From: the human T2T-CHM13v2.0 reference genome, Homo sapiens
Direction: 5' to 3' (one strand)
Assembly: GCF_009914755.1 (NCBI RefSeq)
Contig: NC_060933.1
Length of the DNA: 64,000 nucleotides
Shown piece after piece: positions 25,845 through 40,185 of this stretch. A program made the translations under genes and the position numbers. How positions within the stretch are numbered: the stretch's first letter is position 1; the number at the start of each line of letters is the position of its first letter. The notes beneath the pieces were generated by a model, which had not been told where the DNA came from, did not search any database, and saw nothing but the letters and a program-made list of their open reading frames with translations.

Positions 25845-27154
25845 CACTGCTTTGTCTGTACATGTTTGGAATGGCTGCCTCATTAGAACTCAGGCTCCTA
25901 GACAGTCACTTGTAATAGTGGTAAAGTGAAAGGAATGAACCTATTTTAGTTGATTAACTTCAAATTAATAAAAATAGCATATTTAAAAGATAGATGTTTA
26001 AAAGCTAAACATATAGAATTATGGGGGAACAATGAAGTGAATATTGATTAGGCCTATTCAGCCACTTGTGTGAGTGGAAGAATAATTTTATTTTTTACTT
26101 TCTCTTTGCCTTTTTACATATTTATGGGGAGTAAGCAAATGGACTATTATATGTTAATGCCACCAAATAAACTTGGGATATGATAGATCCTGATTTTTTC
26201 ACAAATATACAGATTTTTTTCTTATGAATTCATTTTTTTTTCCTTGCCATGACTGGCCTGTGTCATGGCTAAAATATTATCAAAACAGACTGGATTTACT
26301 GGCTCTCAGGGGCACAAAAGGTAGTGAAAACTTAGATTGCAAATCCATCTCTGGGTAGTTTCATTTTTCTTGAAAGAACAAAAGAAGCAGCACACTAAGA
26401 AATTATATGAATCAATATTAAAAACAGAGGATAATATAACAGATTATTGCTCTAAATTTAAATTATTTTTAAAAAGACAAGAAACAGGCATAGACAGAAA
26501 CATCTCAAGTTCAAGGAGCTGAGACTAACTCTCAATATACTACTACTTCTTCCTTTTTTTTACTATAAGCCAAATTTCCTTTGGAAATTTATTGACATTT
26601 AAAATGTTTGTTTTTAACTCATGACAAAGAGATGAAATCTTTTTATAAGTTTTTTTCTTCCAACAACAGAAGTTCTTTAAATTTCTTGTTCTATCATTCT
26701 ATCTAAATATACTCAAAGTACTATAATCTTAAATATTATTATTTAATACTCTTTCCTAAAGGAACAAAGAAAAACAAAATCCAAAGATCTTTTTAAAAAG
26801 TCTATATTATTCAAATAAGTTCGCTTCAAAAAATTGGCAATACTGATTTTTTATTTGTAGTACTATTTTAGGAAAAAATGTCAAAATGATATTTTGGACT
26901 TTGCAAGTCCTGTTTTGGGTAGAAATGTCAAAAACTTAATTTTATGTATGTTAAAACTTGAAATGGCCATTAGACATTCAAAAGAAGATGTTTAAAAGGA
27001 ATATTTTATAAATGTAGGATTCATGGGATGTGGATTTTATTTGAGTGTGGAATAAGAGAAAGGTGAGGATAAAGTCTGGGTTTAACATGACTCCCAGTCC
27101 TGGATGAGCAATTGTGTGGAAAACAGTGCCATTCATTGAGATGAAACTACTAAA

Positions 27155-27335
27155 GCAATGGTTTTCAACCTTGCCTACACATAAGCATCACCTGCGGAAC
27201 TTTAAAAAAAATACGAATTCCTGAAATCCAACCTCAGAGATTCTTATTCAGTTGAAATGGGTTTGGGTCTACAATAGTATTTAAAAATTGCTCTCCTGGT
27301 AATTCTAATATGAAACCACCTTTGAATACCCTGAT
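27155..27335. mobile_element. MER5-family hAT-Charlie MITE
   Basis: caatggttttcaacctt...atcacctg...agagattc...ggtaattctaatatg pattern. Confidence 0.65.
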
Positions 27336-27349
27336 ACTAAAATTCATTC

Positions 27350-27843
<494 letters not shown>

Positions 27844-27939
27844 ACTAAAGAAAGAATAGTTCAGGTGGAGAAGCTGCTGTTTGACAGAAACGTGGTATTT
27901 GAGGTGGATCTGGAACACCATTCTGGAAGGACTTAGTAG

Positions 27940-28258
<319 letters not shown>

Positions 28259-28748
28259 ATTAGTAGGTTCTTAAATGTGAATCTGATGTTATACAGCAAA
28301 AGTCTGTACGGGCTACAGAAACATAATGTGTAATAATGGAACCCTGCAAGAGGAGGGAGTCATGAGGGTGCTTACAAAGAAGGACGAAAAAGGAGCAAAG
28401 AGCAGAAGGTTGGGAAACAGTGGCCTTTGAGAGGAAGGAAGGATAAAAAGAACCAGAACTGAAAACTGAGAAAAATATAGAAATGGATTTGGAAAGAATG
28501 ATGTCATAGAAAGCAAGGCTTTTAAAGAAAAGTTGAGACTCAGTATGAAAAAATAATACAAAAACTAAAAATAATTAACTGGACTTGGAAATCAAGGGAG
28601 ATATTAGTGCCCTTCAAAAGAACTGTTTTAGGGGAGAAGTAGAAGTAGAAAGTATTTGGAGTACATGAGAGAGGAATGAGAAACCATTGTCTGAGTTAGT
28701 AGAACAGTGGTTTCAAAATACGGCTGCGTATAAGAATCACATGGGAAG

Positions 28749-29191
<443 letters not shown>

Positions 29192-30074
29192 TCAGTGTGG
29201 CTCAAAACCTCCCCAAGGTGACTCTAATGTGCAGCCAGATTTGAAAAACATTTCATAGAATATTCTTTTCAGAAACTTGACTGAAAATGAAAGGCGAGGA
29301 TTTAGGGTAGTTTCTACTCGGAGGTGGAAATTGTGAGAGAAAAATAAGAGACTTGACTGTAAGAACTATGACAGAGCCACCGTGTCTGAACATTAGTTGA
29401 AAATACTTGAGATCAGAATTCAGGTTATGGTAGAAATGAAAGTATAGAAATCAAAGTCACTGGTGGAAAAATCCCCTCTAAAAAGGGAATGGTGAAAAGC
29501 TCATCCTGTGGGCCTATAGAAAAAGATGTGAAAATGAGTAAAATTCTAATTCGGCTGCTTTTCTTTTTATTTGTTATATAAAGAGATACAGACAGGACAT
29601 TGAAGGAATCTTACTAATAACCACAATTTCCCATATGATTATATTCACCCTTTGCATTTGTAGCGGTGGAAATATGAGGGACTTGAGGTGCTTTGTATCC
29701 ATTTGGAATAACTTATGTGGGAAATGGAAAAGGTGACTGATAAAGATCATGTTTAACTAGTTCATATAGACCAGATGAGGTTTAGAGTGTCATAATCTAC
29801 ACAAATACTTGGTTTCCTCTAATGTCATTCTGATATCAAGATACAGAAAGAGAAAAAAAATTGGTACAGTGATCCAGTACTTGTGATCATCATGGAAGGT
29901 AGAACATAAATGAAGAGATTTAAACACTAAGAATGTGGGCATGAAATTTCTGTTTTAAATGGTCCATCATTTGTTGAGATGAGAGAAAAACTATGGGGGA
30001 TGCTTATAAACTGAGATAAAAAGGGGAGAATCTGAATCTTTCAATTGTACAAAAAACAGATAGATACAGAAGTA

Positions 30075-30392
30075 CAATCTTCTTTTAGTATTTGTGAAGT
30101 ATTGGTTTCAAGACCCCTCAGATATCGAAATCTGCAGATGCTCTAGTCCCTGATTAAAAATGGTATAGTATTTACATAAAACTCACACACATCCTCCTAT
30201 ATAATTTAAATAAACTCTAGATTACTTATCATGCCTAATACAATGTAAATGCTCTGTAAATAGTTGTTATGCTGTATTTTTGTATTATTTTTATTGTTGT
30301 ATTGCTATTTTTATTGTTTTTTCTCAAATATTTTCAATCTGTGTCTCTTTGAGTCCATGGATATAGAATCCACAGATAGGAAAGACCCAGTG
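30075..30392. mobile_element. MER2 (TcMar-Tigger) MITE
   Basis: gatgctctagtccctgattaaaaatgg...ctagattacttatcatgcctaatacaatgtaaatgc; TA on both flanks. Confidence 0.85.
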
Positions 30393-31077
30393 TAGCAAAG
30401 AGGTGAGCAGGTAAAATAATAAATTAATTTTACTAACAGTCTTTTAGAGATTGAAGCTCTAAATTTGAAATAGTTTGGGATAAAGAATACTCCAAGAATG
30501 TCTAGGAACACCATAATCCAAGATAATCATTCTAGGATGTAAAGTATGAGAGAAAATTAATACATTTAAACCAAAGAATTTAGAATTTATATTACTGTAC
30601 ACTTATAAACCTAGATACTATTCATGATAAAAGCATAATTCACTGTGAAAAGAAATAATAAATATCAATGAGTGGGGCAGTGGGGGAAGGAGAGAGAGAG
30701 GAGATAGGAGGCAGGGGAATGTGAATAATCTGGGTTCTTGATGTTTCAGCTTCTGATAGCACCACAGCTTCCTGCAATGGATTATATACTGCCCCTAGAA
30801 AGATCAAAAATCACTGGGAGAAGCCATCTTTGGTTAGATCTATCTTTTTAAGTTTAGAAATATCCATAAAATACTGTTTTTCTCATGGAATAACAGTAAC
30901 TCAAAGCAACTCTGAATTTCTAATTCAAAACTACTCTAGGTTTCCAGCAATAAGAAAAGGTGTTTTTTTGTTTTTTTCCCCGTCCCACGTATGTATGAGT
31001 TTCACTGATGGGAGATTACAGGGCTTGATTAAGTAGGAGATTTTGATAATATATCTTAAGGTATTAGAGTGATATGA

Positions 31078-31407
<330 letters not shown>

Positions 31408-31480
31408 GATAGTTTTATAAAACCTGGATTTAAGGCAGAATTTAGAAACAGAAACTCTAATAGGAAAACCTTTTTCTATA

Positions 31481-31622
31481 TTATTATTATTTTTAATGTA
31501 AAAGTAAACTTTAGTGTCAAAAATGCAAACTTGGGGAGGGCAGAAAGATCACACATAAGGCTGCCACCTCACACCTGGAGGGTTGCATCGTGGTTGGGCA
31601 GAGGCACTCCTCACTTCCCAGG
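31481..31622 (-). mobile_element. SVA2 3' fragment (one VNTR unit + SVA2 unique 3' region + A-rich tail)
   Basis: Reverse complement ctgggaagtgaggagtgcctctgccc (SVA VNTR) followed by gcaaccctccaggtgtgaggtggcagcc...ccccaagtttgcatttttgacactaaagtttactttt and attaaa plus tail. Confidence 0.75.
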
Positions 31623-32117
31623 GGCTGCGTATGAATCACAATGTAGGGGATAAAGCGGTTAGATAAAAATCTTGAAAGTAAAAGTGGATAAGAGAAAAAT
31701 GCAAAAGAGTTTAGAGTGATGTGTGAAAGAATTCAATAATAGATTATCTTTTACAAACAAGAATGAAGATAAAAATATGGTTTCAAAATACCATAAACAA
31801 GGTACGGATTTGTGTAACAGGTTATTGTATATGAGAGTTGAAAGAAAATAATGATTTGAGATGGGAGGAAATCATTTTTATTAAGACATAATAACTTTGA
31901 ATTTAATGGCTGAACATTTATGTGGCTTTTAAAGAGTCAGTGCATTTCCAAAGTGGTACTGCAATATATGGAAAATGCCAGTACTGGAGATGTTGCATGC
32001 CATCCATGCAGAAGTGGACATTCAAATCTTAAGAATGGCTGAGATCTCTCAAAAGGCAATTATAAATGATGACAGTAAGAGAACTGAAGAACGTTGAACC
32101 ATGGTATTAAGGGCACA

Positions 32118-32286
32118 TGTAGCATGGCATGACAAGAGAACATAGTCTTAGAAATCAGACTGAATTGTGTTTGTATTGTGGCTTCAGGATTTACTATCTT
32201 ATCTTGGGCTTTCCTATTAAATGGACAATTTCATTGTATTCTTATTATAAATTAGAAATAATAACTTTCTAACAGGATTGTGGAAG
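32118..32286 (+). mobile_element. MIR fragment
   Basis: agaacatagtcttagaaatcagac...tataaattagaaataataac...caggattgtggaag. Confidence 0.55.
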
Positions 32287-34829
32287 TGTGTGTGTGTGTT
32301 TATGTGTACACACAGAGAGAATATAAATAATTATTAAATAAACATTTCTATTTTATGGTAGATCGTAAATAGAAACTAAGTCAAAAGTTAAGTCAAAGTA
32401 GTCAAGAAGATTATAAGGTATAAGGAAAATTCAGTATTTTAGAAACCGAGAGAGGGTTTTAATGACAATGGTTGGTCAGCAGTTTCAAAAACCACTAAGA
32501 AAAATTGCTCCTAGAAGATAAGAGAATGAGTCTATCCCTTACAATAAGCCTAGGATCACATTTCTTAACTTATTCCTCTCAAAATTGAAACATAAAGTAC
32601 TTCTATGCATATTGTCTTATTTGCCTTATGTAAAAGAAAAAAGGAAGCAAATGGTTTCCAAATGTTTAAAAACATATATTGTCTCTCTCCCCATTCTTCC
32701 CTCTCTCCCCTCTCTCATCTCTCTTTTCTCCCCTTTTCCTCTCCTCCCACTGTATTTCTCCACATTTTCTAGACCTATCAGTTTTACAATAGAGAAGTTG
32801 CATTTGAAGATGTATTAGAATCTTCCCAAATGGGATTGGTCATGAGAAAAACTAATATATGGGATCCCTAATGCTGACCCAATTAAATTTGTGGTTTTGG
32901 CATAGCAAGATTTATTGACTGATCAATGCCATGTGTATGGTGGATATGCTTGCCTTGTCTCACAGAAAGGCAAACAAGCAGCCCATTATATTAAAGCATG
33001 TGAATTACGTTTTAGTCCCTATGGAAAAATAATATAACTTCCTTATTCTTACTCCAATCTTTAAGGATCTCAAGAGAAAAATAATTGCATAATTCATCGT
33101 CTTTTGTGATTTGAGACATACATGATCATGTTATTGGCAGAAAATGAATTGGTTTTATACATTTTATTGATAAGTGTTCCCAAACGTTTGTAATTAGTTG
33201 GCCATATTCTTGTTTCTCTATCTTCAGAAGAACTGGTTATTATGATTACTTTTTATGAAGGTGGTAATTACAAAATAGAATTGAGCTGAATGAAATTAAA
33301 GAGAAACTGAAAAAAGAAATTCCCTGCCAGGAAATAATTTCATTTGAACGAGTACAAAGTTCTTTGCAATTCTTACTTAGCTGAAGTGTATTTCTAGTTG
33401 TGTTTCCAGATTTATATCATTATGAAAATAGCCACTTCCTAGGTTCTCATTTTTCATATACAAACAATGTTCACTAGCAGTAAATTTCTTCCCTGGATTC
33501 AATTTCTGAATATTCACAAGGTGAAAATTGTGTTCACCTCTTTTCAGATGGAGATTCTCTGAACTGTAATTGGGTGACTATTTCATAGATGAAATCTCAG
33601 CACGTATCACTTTAAAATGATATAGTGTAAAAGGGCCCAAATTGTGTGTGTACACCTGGATGTGTGTGTGTCAGCATGACGTGGAAACTATGTGGATAGA
33701 TAAATATCTAAAATAATAGGTATATAGATAGCATGATGTTCCAATAATTACCAATAAGATCATGTCTTCAGTGGAGAGTAATACATACCAAATTTTTAAA
33801 TCTTTAATTTTTTTCATATCTGATTATTTCTACTATGATCTCTTTTTTATCAGAGGAGTTACTAAAACTACGAGTAGATAAGAATACATTTGAATTTTTA
33901 TGTGTATGATAACTTTAAAATTTTGCCTACTTTATAGATTTCTCAGTTGGACTTACATTAAATCTCTATTTTTGTTTTTAACTTGGAATAAATTCTCTAA
34001 GACACTAATTACTAAATTGTCAGTATTTATAATGTAAACATTTTAAATCCCCTAAATGTCTACTACAGAAAGAATAAATGGTGATGTGTCTGTGTTATGG
34101 AATACCCTGAAAACCATGGAAAATAATAATAAAGCTCTACGTACATTGACATGGAAGGAATAAATTAATAAATTGTTTCACTGAATGAAAATCATCCAAG
34201 TTGTGTAAATAAAAATATGTACCTGTAGGGCTGCAACAGTATGCAACTCAAGCAAGTATATAATTCAGCAGTGCTATTAGGTATGCATTATAGATATTTC
34301 TGCATACAAATATACAGTGAAGAGAAATAATTCATATTTTAAAAATGTATATATGTTTATACATATGTAGAAAAAGTTATGAAAGTAAATACTGCAAATT
34401 ACTAACAATGGAAACTCTTTTAACAGGTAGGTGTGAGGTTAATTTTGCTTTTTATTTTGCGTTACACACTTTTGTATTGACTGAATTTTAAAATTAGATT
34501 TGCATTACCTTTTTTCCTAAAAATATATCTATAATTGAAAGCCTAGTTTCTGAATTGTACATTCTGTTTAACTCATGTTCTTTCTCTTTAATCATCAGTT
34601 TCTTCACTGACATCACAAAAATACTAGGAATTTTCCAATTGAAACAAAAAACCTAAAAATCAGGAAAATAAAGAAGTATTTTAGAACCAAACCTTCTCTT
34701 AGTGTCATCACTCTTTATTCCAGGCCTCGAAATGAAATGGCACAGACTGTTTTTGTCTCCTCTCCCGAAGATGCTTGGTTTATTCAGTAATCACCTCCCA
34801 ACTTTGCAATGGCCCAGAAAGATAGCCTT

Positions 34830-35112
34830 TACTTTGCATACCTTCTAAAATACTAGCCTGATTCAAGTATTTATCATTCTTGAATTATAGCTAGTAACTT
34901 CTTCACTGGTTTCCTTGCCTGTAATTTCTTACCTTTGCAGTCATCCCCAGATATTGCCATAGGGCTATCTTCCTAATGCAGAGATCAAATCATGTTGTTA
35001 TACTTAAAATATTTTTGGCTCTATCATCCACAGAGTAAGTTTCAGATTTCCAGACATAGCATCATGACCTTTCATGTCCTATTGCCAGATTGCTCTTTTA
35101 GCATCACTTCAA
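34830..35112 (+). mobile_element. L2 fragment
   Basis: cttcactggtttccttgcc...atcttccta..gatcaaatcatgtt..cttaaaa L2 3' region pattern. Confidence 0.55.
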
Positions 35113-35121
35113 ACTTCACTG

Positions 35122-35376
35122 TTTTTTTTAATATATATATAACTTTTAAGTTAAGGGATAAAGGTGCAGTTTTGTTACATAGGTACACTTGTGTCATGGG
35201 GATGTGTTGTACAGATTATTTCATCACCCAGGTGTTAAGCCTAATACTCATTAATTATTTTTCCTGATCCTCTCCCTCCTCCCAACTTCTGCACTCCAGA
35301 AGGCCCCGGTTTGTGTGTTGTTCCCATCTACATGTCCATGTGTTCTTATCAATACCTCCCACTTAATAGTGAGAAC
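35122..35376 (-). mobile_element. L1PA13-like 3' end fragment
   Basis: acagattatttcatcacccaggtgttaagccta...tttttcctgatcctctccctcctccc. Confidence 0.85.
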
Positions 35377-35881
35377 TTCAAGTGTCCATAAATATAATAT
35401 ACCGTTTTATGCCTTTAAGTCTTGTTGTTTACATCTCTTATTCTTCTAGTCTTTCAAGGCCCACCACAAATATCATGCTTATATCTGACAATGGAAAGAA
35501 ATATTCCTGCTCTCCTAGGGCACTTTGCTTTACCTATATTACAAATCTTATTTCATTTATACTTACTTTAGTTAGCTTTCATTTGTTTCACTCAGCACAA
35601 AATAATGTAGTCTTGAAATCAGGACCCACTTTCGATTGATCTCTGACCTAGAGTCCTTATCTGAATTCAATATATTTGTTTGCCTTGCTTTTAACCAAAT
35701 ATATTTGGAATCTGTTTATCCATACACTTATGAGGAAACAGTATTGAAAAGGTTGCTATCCATTAATATGGCTGTGGAAAAAAAATGTCACCTTAGTTCT
35801 ATTTTAAGATAGGAAAAAGTCTTATCTATTTTTAGTAGATTTGATAATACTCGTATGAGTTTAAATCTTACTGATGCTGTA

Positions 35882-35962
35882 CAGTTGTGCTATCCAATGT
35901 GGTAGCCAATAGACGCATGAGGTTATTTACATTTGTATTTAAATTAATCAAAACAAAATAAA
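35882..35962. mobile_element. MER3/MER33-like hAT fragment
   Basis: gtgctatccaatgtggtagccaatagacgcatg..ttattta..tttaaattaat. Confidence 0.5.
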
Positions 35963-36220
35963 AGTTCCATAAATATACCATTGTATGCCTTTAATTCTTG
36001 TTCCAAGGTTTCAGTATATTATAGAAATTTTTATTGTCACAGAATTTTCCATTTAAAACCTCTGCTCTAAAGTTTAAACTCAAAATATAAATTACTCCTG
36101 TGCTAACTTGGTAAAATCCTGATACAGAAATGGCACAGTTTACAGTAGATTTTTTGCATTGTTTTGATCTAAGTTGAATATAGTCACCAGGCAATTGTTA
36201 CAGGGAGTCATCATTTCTTT

Positions 36221-36517
36221 TTTTTCTTTTTTTTTGAGACGGGGTCTCGTTCTGTTGCCAGGCTGCAGTGCCGTGGCGATCTTGACTCACTGCAACCTCC
36301 GACACTCCCAGATTCAAGCGATTCTCCTGCCTCAGCCTCCGGAGTAGCTGGGATTACAGGCACCTGCCACCACACCTGGCTAATTTTTTTTGTATTTTTA
36401 GTAGAGACAGGGTTTCACCATGTTGGCCAGGATGGTCTCGATCTCCTGACCTCCTGATCCGCCCGCCTCGGCCTCCTGAACTGCTGGTATTACAGGCGTG
36501 AGCCACCACGCCCAGCC
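36221..36517 (-). mobile_element. AluSc-like
   Basis: tgttgccaggctg diagnostic; TSD tcatcatttcttt at 36208-36220 and 36518-36530. Confidence 0.95.
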
Positions 36518-39500
36518 TCATCATTTCTTTAACACTTTAAAACTTATTCTAATGAACTCAGTTGATTGCATATACCCCTTTACCCATCCAGGTCATATGA
36601 ATCACTGTACTAGAATCAGCTACTCTGGGGGAAAAGAGGAGAAGAGGTTGTGCATGTTTGTGGAATATGTATTATTAAACAAAAGTCCCAGTTCCCTGTG
36701 GTAGCAGATCTGACCATTCTGACCATCCTGTGGCTCAATTTTAGGAAATAATGTCTAAGAAGGAATCAAGAATGAATGGATGTACTGCACTCAAAATATA
36801 AATTTGTTCTCATCACTAGTGTGGATGTGTTCCATCCTTACTCAGTAATTGTATACAGTGTCATGCCTTCAAACCTTACATAATCATCTGTACTTCATTC
36901 ATTCTCATCCTTCAAGGTTCACCTTAAACTTTTTTTTTCCTAGGTTTTCTCCACACTAGCTAGGAAGTTTGCATGTACAGAATGTAATGAAAAAATGAAA
37001 TTTCTCTATGCAGGAATTCGACATTGTGTGTTGAATCCTGTGATAACAGCATTTCCTATGCAGACTCAATATATATTTGATCATCTAACATGAAAATTGA
37101 AACTGGCATCTGTTTGTAAACCACCACTTTGCTGGCTCAATTTTAGACCTGCAAAGGAATTTGCTGCCCTTTTGTTAACTAGATAAGCTATATATTTCAC
37201 TTTGAAAAGACATGTCCCTGCAACTTTGATGGTGAGATACTGCCTCATAACATTCATTTTTCTCTATTAAGGTATTATAGTTTTGATTTAATAATTTTCA
37301 GCAAAGATTCATTTAACACTAGAGTGAATGAAAATCTAAAAGAGGATCAAATGGTTATTAGTGGAAACAGAATAACATTTACCAGTTGACCTTCTGTAAT
37401 GGAGAGACTCCTCAGTGGGAAGAAATCTTTCATGTTGAAACTTTCCTGATAGAGAACTCTTTGCATATATAATCAATAAGGTATGGGCATAGCTTCATCT
37501 TTGGTATGAATAACAAAAAAGTTGTCATAGAAAGCTGTAGAATTAAAATTTATTTTTCAGAAGGAGTATTGTTTGCTTCTTTCAAAAGTGGAGGTAAAAA
37601 TGATACAGGGGAAGGTACCCTCAAATAAATTAGTATAACCAAGTAATAGCTTTTCAGAAATAGATTAGAAAATATTCATCCCCCAAAATTAATGTTTGCT
37701 AGTTACATTTATCAATTTCCTTTCTACAATGCTAATTTTAACATCACAATGCTTTCATTAGTGCATTATATAAAATATCAGGTATATGTAGATTGGTGTT
37801 GTTGAAATAAGGTTTTGTTGTTTAAAAATAAGATATCCATTCAATATACATGTATTAACACTAACCACAGCAAAAAATCAAAAAGAAAAATTAAGAGCAC
37901 TTTTTTCGCTACACCCCTTGAACACACTTATCTCTTATGCCTTAAATTAGATTGTATATAACAATTCTAATATATTGGTATCTATATAATTATATAACTT
38001 AATTTTAATCAGGGAAGCAAATGAATATTCCTCATCATTTTAAACCTTTTTATTGTTATACCATTTTCTTTTTCCCTGTTTTTATGCTTTTGCATGTTTA
38101 ACATAATATGAAACCTCAAAAGATATCTCTGGGCAACTTCTGAAGATTGCTATGTTAGCATTGCTAAACAAATGTATTCAAATGCATTTTCATGACTGAA
38201 TATTATGCAAGTTCAGTGTTAACCTTTTCCTTGCTTCTTTGAAAATTGTTTTAGGATGTTTCTGAAAATAACATCATCCAGATTAAAATGATGAAAATAC
38301 CCCAAAACATATAAAGCTCATAAAGAGTGTGGGATATAAGCGTGCCAGCTAATCTAGTTCTCATTCTCATAAAGGGCAATAGTGGCACTTAAGAGCCAGT
38401 ATACCTATTCCTTTTCATTGTAATAAAACCATTCCTGAAAGTGACTTTGTCCAGAGCAAATGACTCTAACATGTTTTACTTCAGAGGTAGATTGTCATAA
38501 CTCACTAAAGAAAGTGACCATTGTATAGCTTAATAAAAAAATTACCTGTTTATTCAAGTATTTTTTTTTTCAAGCTGAAGATATTTTCTCCTGCCCTCCC
38601 AAAACGTAGCACAACGCTTCAGTAGAAAGGGGTATAATCTAACTGCTGTCATGGCCAACAAATGGAAAGGAATGCAGAAGAAATAAAGAAGTATGTGTTT
38701 TTTCTGTTCTAATAGAGAAACAAGTTAAATACATTAAATCATAAAAACAAAAACAAAAAACACCCTGACAATATAAAACACTGATGAAAAGTCTACTGGT
38801 TAAAAGTGAAAATTTTGAAAGCAGTAGTTGTATATAATCAGTGGATATGCCTTGCTTCTTTTCAAACAAGTGGTTTTTAAAGGTGTGTTGCATTATTCTC
38901 AAATGATATGTATTTATTTCATAAATTATATAAGTCTTCTTAAGCTGAATCACTCAAATACAAAAACTTGGGCTTTATTTTAATGTTTTTGTAAAATGGT
39001 TTTTTCACATGGATTGCAAATATCATATAAACCGATGTTTAACATGAATATATTAAAGATTTCTTTGGATTATAATTATATGAAAGAGTTATACATTTGT
39101 ATTCTCAAGACCTTTGTTATACATTGTATAATGACACTTTCTACCAAATATGAATGAGAAATAGTAAATAACTATTAAGGCAAAAGACCAGAAGAGGAAA
39201 ACTATGAGGAAAGACGATATAAATATTCCTAGTTTTTAAATTAATTTTTAATTCTGTTCTTTCTGATGACTTAAAACAATGAGGATCTGCACACCTGTAG
39301 TCTGAATTCAGTGTTATCCTCTTTTGTTAAATTGAAAAGGAGGCAAGGATAGAAAAATCATTCACTGGCTAGAGAATGCTTCTGGTCAGGTCATGGATTC
39401 ATGCTGTTTTCAGTATATAATTTCATTGTCAATTGAAACAAAGTGCTAATTGAGCACAATATTGATGGGTGGTTCAGAGGTGAGACTAATATTGTCCTCT

Positions 39501-40084
39501 AAAAGGGATTAATAATAACCACTCCTGTTGCAGCTTCCACCAACATGTCTAGGAGAGGCATGCAGGCAATTATCTGTTCCTCAAAGACATTTCTCCTGGT
39601 GCATAAATTATCGGAGGCCTAGACTAGTGGCCCTATAGACCCAACCAATAGCTCTTACTGTCTCAAAGTGGTTTATATCATGAATGGCCTTTGTTCTGAT
39701 TTGGTCAAAATCTTCATATATTTTGAAACTGTTATAATTTAAAGACTTCACAAAGGGACACAATACTAGTCTCTCATTACATTCAGTTCTGTAAAGGCAT
39801 CTACTGTGTTACTGCTGGATAATAATAACCTTCAAATGATTCTATAATTTTAATATGTTCATCATCACAGATTTCAAACTTTGGTTTAGGTTTGCCTTCT
39901 GAAGCAGTACTGAATACATTGTTTCCATTTTGACAAGTCAAACAACCTTTCAGATATTTGGGGAAAACTAAGTTCTGTGGTTGATTGATAACTATAATTT
40001 TGGTACCCCATATTCTTCTTCATTTTGCATTGTCTTTTAACGTTTCCTTTGGAGACCTTATCCCAATGCCGGGTGCTTCAGAGG

Positions 40085-40185
40085 AAGTTTTCTCAACCTC
40101 ACCACTATTGATATTTCAGACCAGATAATTCTTGGTCGTTGGGACGTGTCCTGTGTATTACAGACTGCTTATGAACATTCTTGGG
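40085..40185. mobile_element. MER20 fragment
   Basis: tttctcaacctcaccactattgatatttcagaccagataattctt...gtcctgtgtatt. Confidence 0.7.
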
